A DNA stretch of 64,000 bases from Microcoleus sp. (GTDB taxonomy: Bacteria > Cyanobacteriota > Cyanobacteriia > Cyanobacteriales > Microcoleaceae). Numbering within the stretch: position 1 is the first letter of the stretch; each line of letters opens with the position of its first letter. Location: contig JAYFMW010000007.1 of NCBI GenBank assembly GCA_042408215.1, positions 96,001 to 160,000 of the forward strand, given 5' to 3'. Both the position numbers and the translations under genes were made by a program. The notes beneath the pieces were generated by a model. It made no database searches, was not told the DNA's origin, and was given only the letters and a program-made list of their open reading frames with translations. Shown here piece after piece: positions 20,401-28,400 of this stretch.

Positions 20401-23400
20401 ACCGTGGGTCAGTACAGTGACGCTGCTGAAAGTGCTGTTGCCGTTGAGAGCAGGCGGTGGCGATGTTTTGAACTGCCCAACATCGAGATTTCGCTTTCCA
20501 TCCTTGCTCAAAGCTTCAACAGCCCAATGATAAGTCTGACCAGCCGTCAGAGTCCGATTATCGGGCAGTGTGAACTGGGTATTGGTGTTTGAAGGGTCAA
20601 GGGGTAGACCACCAAGCCCCACCCAGCCTTGACCGGGCTTCCAAGTCGCTGTCAGGATGCGGTTGGGGTTGTAGTCATAAGTACCGAACTGGGAGTTCCA
20701 TTTTGCTAACAAGTTTTGCTGCTGCTGTGGGCTGAGATTATTGAAGTTTGGATTTTGGATATTGGCGAGATCCTCCCACCTATCCTCTGGCAACAAACCC
20801 TCCCCTTTATCGAAGGTACTGACAAAAAGATTAACCTCTTTCACATCCTCCCAACCCGGAGCAAACTGCCATTGAAAAGTCGGAGTCAGGTCATTTGTAG
20901 TTGCACCAGGCCCCTTCAAATTCAGCCAGTCAGTCGGTGCAGAACTCAAATCCCGTAAATTGCCTCCAGTACCGACTGGTGCGCGTGTTGTCTGCGGCAG
21001 CACCCCATAAGTAAACTGATTAGCAGGTCGATTCTCCTGAAGAATCCCATAGTCAGCAGCAATACTAATAGCCGGATTTATATCATCAATAGGAACCCTT
21101 GTGAAATCAGCCGCAGTCACAGACTTCGCCGTAGTAGCATTGAAGAAAGGAGACTTAACACCCCTGTCAAGGCTGTCAATTTGGAATTGACCAGGATTGT
21201 CCAGGGTTTTGATGATCTCCTCGACATTAAAGGTATAAACCCCCCCAGCACTACCAGGAGCCGGGTAAGAAGAAAATAGGGATTTATTGTCATTCGATAG
21301 TACCAAATCGTTCGTCAGCCCCCCAGGAATCGGTCTGGTAGCAGCTACTAATTGAGGATTCGGTCCCAAGGGGTCTTTGATAATACCAATGTTGCTCCCA
21401 GAGCGCGGATCCGCATAGGGGTTGACATAATTTCTATAATTGCGACCCGCAACGAACGCATATCGCCCGTCACGCATTACCGTTACAGAAACTCCCTCGT
21501 TGACATCAAAGTAATCGTTGGCAAAACCCAACCCTAAAGGAATATAGCGGACAGCGGTAGCAAAATTGAGGGGGTCATCAGACGTAATTTCCAGCACGCC
21601 AAAGCCCTTGCTGTCATCCTGAAGGGGTAGAAAATCGGTTTGTATGCTAGCCAATCCGTTGGTGAAAACCATTTTTCGGGGGTCAGCGGTAGCTGCTATC
21701 CCCTCTGTCTCTGAAGCGGTGGCAATTACTCCAATCTGCTGGTGCCACTTCCGCTCGTTAGAACCCTCAGCGATCGGTTTGTCGCGAGGGTCAATGTTGA
21801 CCGCATAAATGCTACGGTTGCGTACTCGTTCATTATCGTCGGAACCCGTAGCGAAGAGCTTGCGCCCGTCGCTGCTGATGGCCAACTGGCTCAGTCCCAG
21901 TGGCGATGTAACGTTAATGGTTTGAACAACAGTGTGATAGGTTGCTGAGAAGGGGTCGATGTCGAGGACGTAGATGTTGGGCCGATCGCGATCGGCAATG
22001 TAAGCATAATTATCCTTGGGGTCGATCGCGATCGACTTAGGTTTAGCCCCCGCTGGTAGAACAATAGGATTGACACCCGGAGTATTGGGCTGGGTGTCCA
22101 CTTGTCGCAGTACCATCGGATCGACCATCGCGACGCCGCCTGATTCCCTTAAGACTACATAAACCCTCGTGCCGTCGCTAGTCACAGCGCTCGCTTCTGC
22201 GGCATCAGTAGACTTGTCGCCTACGGGGATTCTGGAAATTAACAAGTCCTTGCTTCTGGTAGCTTCTACCACTGCTTTTGGATTAGAACCCTGAATAACT
22301 ACCAGTTCGCTCAAACTTTTGGGGTTGATTGGGGGGAAGTTCTGGGTTGCAAAAACGTACTCTGCCCCCTGTGGCAGACGTATTGGATTGCTGCTGTACT
22401 CAATAGGTTTATACACCGGTGCCGTGCCGTTTTGCTCGACCAACTGATTTTGCTTCCTGGTCAAAACTATGCCGGATGCACCCAGGGGTAAGGTGTTGGG
22501 AACTTGTACGGCAACTTCAAACTGGTTGCCCCCAACAGAACGGCTGCGGTTGGGCAATATCGTTCCAGGGTACACCTGATTCCCGACCTGAAATTCCACA
22601 ACCAAGTCCTCAAACCGACTGCCTTTAGAGTCGCTGGCATTGTTGACCAGAATGTTGCCCCCCGTTAGGAAAAGAAGTGGTTCGCCTTTCTCAAATTGCT
22701 GGTTGTTCTCATCCTTGAATTTCAATTCAGCTTTTTGGAGGACAGGAGGTGTTGTGGGGTCAGAGGTGGTTGGGGCTGGCATATTCAAAGCTGCCTTAAA
22801 TGTGGCGGTGCCGTCGTCGTTTCGCTGGACACCCACCTCTGTGACGACGGGAAGTCCCACCTTGGGGATTGCTACCACCTGCACTGAAGATATGTCGCGA
22901 GTTACGGTAAAGGCTGGAGTGGTAACGAATTTGTCCGGGTCGATTAACTGACCGATATTTCCCAGGGGGTCAATGATGCCAAAAAATGCTAGGGGGAAGT
23001 TGTAGTTGAGGGTAAGCTGACCTTTGACTAAGGTGGCGCTGCCTGTCGGACTGGCGTAGACTACTGCGTATTCGCCTGGTCTGACCACGCCTGGATAGGG
23101 AGGAGACTGGGTGCGAATGTTGCCGTCATCTCCGACTATGCCTGATTCTTCTTGCAGCCAAATCGGATTCCAAGTGCCGATTGCGTCAGGAATTGCTCCT
23201 TTTCGCAGGAAGTATGCCACAGTTCCTGGTGCTAATCCGGCTGGTGCTGGTATTGCTAACTGGGCGGGTATATTCAGGGAGTTATCGCTAAAGTTTAAGT
23301 TGAAGGCTCCTGCAAATTCAAATCCCGGTGGTAGTGGTAGGGACAAGTTTTGTTGGTTGACTGGGGCAATGCTGACGGTTGCATTCTGTTTGAGAGCGCC

Positions 23401-24483
23401 CGGAGGTATCATGACTGCTAGGGTTCCGTCGCTTGAGTTGATGATGCCACCGTCGGTTCCCAAGGCTGTTGTGCCGATTTTCGGTGCTTCGACTCGAACT
23501 GGAATGGTGGCGGATGCGGTTCCGTGAATGGCTGTGACGGTGGCATCGCCAATGCCGACTGCTGTAATGGTGCCGTCGGGACTGACGTTGAGGATGTTGC
23601 TGTTGTTGCTAAAGTAGCGCGTACCTGTGCTGGCTGCGGTTAAGTTGGCTTCGGTGAAGTTGGAGTTTAAGCTGAGGGAGAGTTTCCGCGTTGCGCCAAC
23701 AGATAGGGAGACGGCATCTGGGTAGGGGTCTAGTCCGTACATTTCGGCTAGTATCTGATGCAGTTGAGCGTCTGTTGTGGGTGCTGGCATCGTCCCAATT
23801 CGGATTGGGGTGACTGCTTGTAGGTTATTTCGACTTGCGCTCAAAACTGAAGTACCGTTGGTTAAACCTGTCACTTTCCCCGTTGGATCAATTGGTGCTA
23901 CTTCTGGATTTATTGAAGTGTAAGTTAGATAAGAATCTGGGAGCACTACACCTTTTTGGTCGGCAAAATCTCCGAGCACAATCAATTCCGTATTTTCTCC
24001 TGCATTGAGGCTCGGATTTCGCTTCACAAAATCTAGATTCAGCAGGGGAACATCGCTGACATTGACTGTCACGCGCGCGGGCGTTGAACTCCCAAAAGCG
24101 TCGCTGGCAAGGAAATCAAAGCTGGCAATTCCAGAGAAGCCGATTGCTGGTTTAAACGATGCTTTGTTCGTTAAGGGATTGAAAATTACAGTACCGTTTA
24201 CTGGACCCTGGACGCTAATTGTGAGAGGGTCGCCCTCTGCATCTGTGGCAAGATTGTCTAATGAAATAGTTGTCTCTAATTCTGTATAAGTCCGAGTGCT
24301 TGTCGGTGAAACAACGGGCGGATTGTTGTCAGAATTCGGGGGATTGGCTTCGGCGAGCAATTGTTGTCCTAAGGTCGTATTGCGCCATTCTTTGTCAGGG
24401 TTGATGACTGTATCTAGCAGCGGTGCGTTTCCTGTTGCGCCACTAATTTTAAAGATTAGGTCATTGTAATCTCTGTCTGAGTT
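17485..24483 (-). CDS. Long orphan toxin cassette: Ig/cadherin-like, ZU5-like, beta-propeller, GxSxG hydrolase, NucA-like nuclease (RKGH)
   Basis: ORF 17485-24360; homology continues upstream (NSDRDYNDLIFKISG) to about 24483 with no ATG before the stop at 24547-24549; YRKGHLLPSDHR...ATFLLTNVIPQ. Confidence 0.87.
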   Translation of the reverse strand, partial: NSDRDYNDLIFKISGATGNAPLLDTVINPDKEWRNTTLGQQLLAEANPPNSDNNPPVVSPTSTRTYTELETTISLDNLATDAEGDPLTISVQGPVNGTVIFNPLTNKASFKPAIGFSGIASFDFLASDAFGSSTPARVTVNVSDVPLLNLDFVKRNPSLNAGENTELIVLGDFADQKGVVLPDSYLTYTSINPEVAPIDPTGKVTGLTNGTSVLSASRNNLQAVTPIRIGTMPAPTTDAQLHQILAEMYGLDPYPDAVSLSVGATRKLSLSLNSNFTEANLTAASTGTRYFSNNSNILNVSPDGTITAVGIGDATVTAIHGTASATIPVRVEAPKIGTTALGTDGGIINSSDGTLAVMIPPGALKQNATVSIAPVNQQNLSLPLPPGFEFAGAFNLNFSDNSLNIPAQLAIPAPAGLAPGTVAYFLRKGAIPDAIGTWNPIWLQEESGIVGDDGNIRTQSPPYPGVVRPGEYAVVYASPTGSATLVKGQLTLNYNFPLAFFGIIDPLGNIGQLIDPDKFVTTPAFTVTRDISSVQVVAIPKVGLPVVTEVGVQRNDDGTATFKAALNMPAPTTSDPTTPPVLQKAELKFKDENNQQFEKGEPLLFLTGGNILVNNASDSKGSRFEDLVVEFQVGNQVYPGTILPNRSRSVGGNQFEVAVQVPNTLPLGASGIVLTRKQNQLVEQNGTAPVYKPIEYSSNPIRLPQGAEYVFATQNFPPINPKSLSELVVIQGSNPKAVVEATRSKDLLISRIPVGDKSTDAAEASAVTSDGTRVYVVLRESGGVAMVDPMVLRQVDTQPNTPGVNPIVLPAGAKPKSIAIDPKDNYAYIADRDRPNIYVLDIDPFSATYHTVVQTINVTSPLGLSQLAISSDGRKLFATGSDDNERVRNRSIYAVNIDPRDKPIAEGSNERKWHQQIGVIATASETEGIAATADPRKMVFTNGLASIQTDFLPLQDDSKGFGVLEITSDDPLNFATAVRYIPLGLGFANDYFDVNEGVSVTVMRDGRYAFVAGRNYRNYVNPYADPRSGSNIGIIKDPLGPNPQLVAATRPIPGGLTNDLVLSNDNKSLFSSYPAPGSAGGVYTFNVEEIIKTLDNPGQFQIDSLDRGVKSPFFNATTAKSVTAADFTRVPIDDINPAISIAADYGILQENRPANQFTYGVLPQTTRAPVGTGGNLRDLSSAPTDWLNLKGPGATTNDLTPTFQWQFAPGWEDVKEVNLFVSTFDKGEGLLPEDRWEDLANIQNPNFNNLSPQQQQNLLAKWNSQFGTYDYNPNRILTATWKPGQGWVGLGGLPLDPSNTNTQFTLPDNRTLTAGQTYHWAVEALSKDGKRNLDVGQFKTSPPPALNGNSTFSSVTVLTHGFKPPVITGPGIPSEFYKMADSIATTGGEGLLMRYDSPTGNWVPVDKYGQVLGDFFSNSTYFPNGFDQAAPSYRTALSSYIAPYLQANKPLVLLPDWSQNNESAIPDSGFTEGAADSFFASLVQLDQSLGGGAKFDSQGNFVRSQGAIFNSPLHFVGFSRGAVVNSEMIQRVGTYFPLAGGKENSLFRDLQMTTLDPHDFDQPSFSVQLPFLGEAGFADFREPKVQVWKNVTFADNYYQTVPRLDQGIPQIPTLTPAGRDIPNLSGPDALRTEIRAGLKFPRNSAGELLGKPDETVFLGTRRNADGYENSLPGFTKDDLAGGPHGRVLTWYAGTADLGLTEYRQNSSSTQPVDPISRRRGDGHYEQLFDRDFSFSGSPQDPRVNPWYTPKYSGQPNFSLGAANAPNEGIGTGWFYSVLGGGLTKDPNTGAITNLRPTNTLERVPLSFDNTAERRMRGDFAVPTLFGGNFDAVFNPGSLFRNAISDAIPGWSFHNDETSASVSTNNLVDVNQLSASDAPALHAELDRIGVDRTQQNYALKLESGKSITHNRFVVPDWGNLRFDLHVPEAELGSGRSVLVTLEAADGSPLGVSSSVNLTRANRTRGSYLADTQKIDYGIQGFETFQFEVPDNLRGQVATLKFEVVGGGTVYLDNVFFKSQHLLFGNPSDARNTTNLNVADSNNYLLEKAQFATAYNDSSKTPKWVSWQMNQKWLDETPRSKINFIEDQSIPESWGRIVNEDYVGSEYRKGHLLPSDHRTNSEKDNIATFLLTNVIPQHFDNNEVFTGEIPDRAVWTSFDDFLKKITKSDPITETPKELYVVAGGYGSNPDPQRFSHYSEPTTLTNPQILINKGINIPGWTWKVVLDLEQPGLTPAGVTIANAATYGILTPNEVEPDHVPANPNGTVGNNGDFALSVPHPFNALLGLSRPDIPNKAAWRNWQTWKLTVNEIEALTGLDFFSNIPDEIEEIIESGG

Positions 24484-24614
24484 CGCTGATGATGCGGGTG
24501 ATTGAGAAATGCTTGTAATTGCAGTAGTATTTGAATAAAAATAGTTTTAAACATACAAATACTCTTACCTGGGATTCTGGTTATTATTGTAAATAAATTC
24601 TAGGAGACAAAGTT

Positions 24615-25337
24615 ATGGAGAGAATAGATGCAGAAGAACTACTCAGACGGTACGCGGCTGGAGAAAGAGACTTTGCAGGCCTTGACCTAAGTGGAATTCT
24701 TTTGGGTAGACGTTACGCTGACGAGTTAATCAGGCGGTATCAAAGTGAAGAAAACACTCGAATTGGTGGAGTCAACCTGCGCGGTATAAATCTGAGTGGC
24801 GCTAATCTTGAAAAGGCTAACCTGGAAGCTGTTGATTTTATGGGAGCCAATTTGAGTGGAGCTAACTTGACTCGAGCTATATTGCAGGTGGCGAGGCTCA
24901 ATGAAGCTAACCTGAGCGGAGCTAACCTCAGAGAAGTTATCCTTAGCTCGGCTCGACTGCATCAAACTAACTTGAGTGGGGCTATTTTGGAAAGAGCAAT
25001 ATCCTATGATGCCGAATTCATAGGGACGATTCTGAAGCGAGCAAAGCTCAGGGGGGCTGGTTTGGAAACTTCTCGCTTTACTGGCGTTGACTTTACCAGT
25101 GCTGACTTAAGAGAGGTAGGTATGGGACCAGCTACCATTGAGCAATGCAACTTTACCAAAGCCAATTGGAATCGAGGGTGTATTCAACGGTGTACGTTTA
25201 TCGATTGCGATTTTACCAAGGCTAGCTTTAGCAAAGCCGGTGCAATAGAATCGAATTTTATTCGGTGTAATTTTACAGATACTAAATTGGAGAAAATGAA
25301 AATTTTTGATGCCTCTACAACAGATTCTATTTTTTAA
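24615..25337 (+). CDS. Pentapeptide repeat protein, convergent with the full-length toxin gene
   Basis: IDAEELLRRYAAGERDF cap, N-terminal insertion, pentapeptide repeats, RBS taggag. Confidence 0.92.
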   Translation: MERIDAEELLRRYAAGERDFAGLDLSGILLGRRYADELIRRYQSEENTRIGGVNLRGINLSGANLEKANLEAVDFMGANLSGANLTRAILQVARLNEANLSGANLREVILSSARLHQTNLSGAILERAISYDAEFIGTILKRAKLRGAGLETSRFTGVDFTSADLREVGMGPATIEQCNFTKANWNRGCIQRCTFIDCDFTKASFSKAGAIESNFIRCNFTDTKLEKMKIFDASTTDSIF

Positions 25338-25351
25338 ATAGTTAGAGTGAT

Positions 25352-25383
25352 AGAGGGTCAATAAATGTTGGATTTGACCCTCT
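25352..25383. terminator. Possible hairpin terminator between a convergent pair
   Basis: agagggtcaa...ttgaccctct inverted repeat. Confidence 0.5.
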
Positions 25384-25418
25384 GACTGACCTGGGGAATA
25401 AATCTCTAAATCATTCGT

Positions 25419-28400
25419 TTATGGCAAGCGCTCAAAGATTGTATTCTTAATCCGTTCTTTGCCTAAAGACTCTGGCAGATTAGACAAGAATTGGTATTGG
25501 GGAGATATACCTGGCAAATCTCCATTGAGCAAGTTTTCCAAGTTGTGGATCGATTGTTTTTGATACCCACTTCTTGCGTCGTTACCCAAATAGATACCAT
25601 AGTGAGCATACTGAGGGAGTTCGGTGTTTTTGTCTTTAGTCATAACTACTTTCCACAGACCGACTGGGAATTGGATGAGGGGATCTAAGTTTGAATTCTG
25701 CGAGATCCCCGTATAGGGACGCTGGCTGGGATTGTCGTAGTACCCATATCCCCCGGCAAACATATAGGTTTCTAGACCGCTTGAGTTAGGCGAATTAATT
25801 ACACCTCTGATTTGGCCTTCAATAGTCTCCCAAATTCCTCGATTGTTACTGCTCTCTTGAGGAAGTAAGTTCGTCGTTAAGAAAGTAGCATAAAGATCCT
25901 TAGCTGTCCTGCTTCTATCAGCAGCCGGAGCCATGTGACCCCGATCTATTCCGAGGATGGGAATGTAGTTCCCGTTGTCATCAATTTCAAAATCTACGTA
26001 CCCATCGGGATACCGATCGCCTTTTCGATTGTCTACTACTTGCCCATCTTTATCTTTGAGATAAAGCGCATCATAGTCACTATCTTTTACCGAATACCAG
26101 CTAGTTTTCACTAATTCCGGGTCTTGAGCAAAGCCCAAGAACGGCGGTCTTTTAATATCTCCTAACCACGTTTTATCTAATTTCCAACCAACCCAATTAA
26201 CGGTATTTTTGCTGCGGTTATAAGAAAGAGTGTATTGAGGCTTTTCAATCAAAAAGTTATTTTCAAACTGAAAATCGTTTCTGGCTTCAGTAGGATTCCC
26301 CCACTTCAGAACTTCACTCTTGAAGAATGCGTTGTCTATATACACAGGCTCCTCACCTTGCAATTCAAACGTGAGTTTGGCAACTTTACCTCTCAGGCTG
26401 GGAGGTACATCAATATGGAAAGTTTCAAAGCCAGATGAGCCGTAACCAATGGTATCCTTGTCATAGCCGTAATTGCCAGGTATATTAACCTCATATGTTT
26501 TGCGACTCCCATCTGGCTCTCGCTCTCTCAAGCTAGTTCTTGTGGCTTTCTCCGTTGTGGGTTCAGATTCTTCTAGCGAAATTTCTCCTATTTTTACATT
26601 TTCCGGCGAACCTACTTCCTCCAGATACACCTTGAGTCTTCCACCTTTGTTCAAAGATGACTCTGGAACGTGAATATCTAAACGCAATACTCCCCAATCC
26701 GGTACAACAAAGCGATTGTGCGTAATGCTCTCGCCCGCACCTAATTTTAGAGCATAATTGGGTTGATAATTTTGAGCTTGAGAGTTAATACCTAATAAGC
26801 TCAAGTAATTGGAAAAATTGGGAGATTGTTGAGCTATCTCATTCCACTCTACAAGGTTGTTGATAGGTGACACCAAAGTTGATGTGGCACTATTATGAAA
26901 AGACCACCCAGGAATTTCCTTAGAGATAGTATTCCGACCAAATTCTTCAGCCCCACTCTTATTCGGAATAAACTGGTCAAAATTGCCATTAAACAGAGTA
27001 GGAACCGCATAATCTCCCCGCATCCCAGCAGAAAGAGTATTATCAAAACTCACCGGAACGCGCCCAACAGAACTCAACGTCCGCTGCTCTTTACCTCCAC
27101 CCAAAACAGAATAAAACCAACCCTCACCAACCCCTTCACCATTGCCATTATCATACCAAGGTTTAGCAGCCGGGAAATTCGGATCGAACATTTCGGGTAA
27201 ACCCATTTTACCCAACATATCGTTAACTGCTTGAGGATTCTCAGAAGCCTCCACATGAGGATACTGAAGTTTTACTTCCTCCAGGTCTAAATCAACCGTC
27301 CCAGCATACCATCCAAATGCTCGCTTGTGCGTCCCTCCAATAACATCATCTTTTGTAAACCCAATCCGACTGTTTTCACGACCTGGTTCCCCCTGACGAG
27401 TACCGAGTAAAATCTCTCGGTCTGCTTGCCCTAAAGGATCGCCCTTAACTGTAGGAAAATTCAGTCCAGCGGGTTTCGGATTCTTATTCAACTCCTCTTG
27501 TGGAAGTAGACCCAAAGAACGACCATTAGGAGTAGCAGTCAAACCATTAGGATTAGCCACAGTCTGGTAATAGTTATCAGCAAAAGTCACATTATTCCAA
27601 ACCTGAACTTTTGGTTCGTAGAAATCGCTGAAATTTGTGCTGATAAAACCAGGTAATTGTAAATTCAAACTAGGTTGGTAGAAATCATGCGGGTCGATTG
27701 TTGTCATCTGGAGGTCTCGGTTAGCCATAGATGTTCCACCAGCTTGGGGGAAGAAAGTTCCTAAACGCTGTACGATTTCGCTATTGACAACAGTACCCCG
27801 ACTGAAACCCATGAAGTGCAGTGGCGAGTTGAACAAATTCCCCTGCTGGCGAATCAGCTTCCCTTGGCTATCGTACAACCGCTTTAATTGATTGCCTTCA
27901 TACTCTCCAACGCCACCCCCCAACGCCAGATCCAATTGCACCATTGAGGCAAACAAAGCATCAGCAGCGCCTTCGGAGAAGCCAACATCGGGAATAACTG
28001 ATTCTCTATCCAGCGACCACTCTGGCAGTAACACTAACGATTTATTCTGGTTAACATAGTTAGCCTGAATATTGTTAGTTAAAGTCCGAAAATAGTTAGT
28101 ATCTGTTGGTTGCAGTCCACCCGTTAAAGTTGTTAAAACTCCTCCATTTTTATCAATAGGAATCCAAGACCCGGTGGGTTTTTCGTAGCGCAAAATTAAC
28201 CCATCATTACCAGTTTTTGCAATACTGTCAGCTACCTCGTAGAAGGAGTCAGGAATTCCCCCTTGGCCGGGCAAAAGTGTAAAACCATGAGTCAACACGC
28301 TCACGCTGCTGAAAGGACTGTTGCTAACAGGAAGTAAAGTTTTAAACTGCCCCAAATCTTTGGTCACAGCGCCGCTATTGCTCACAGCTTCAACAGCAAA

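Noticed and set aside
604..25337. Diversity-generating retroelement or shufflon as the source of variation
   Set aside because: No reverse transcriptase or recombinase in the window. Differences are not adenine-specific by eye, and all cassettes share one orientation with long homology arms.
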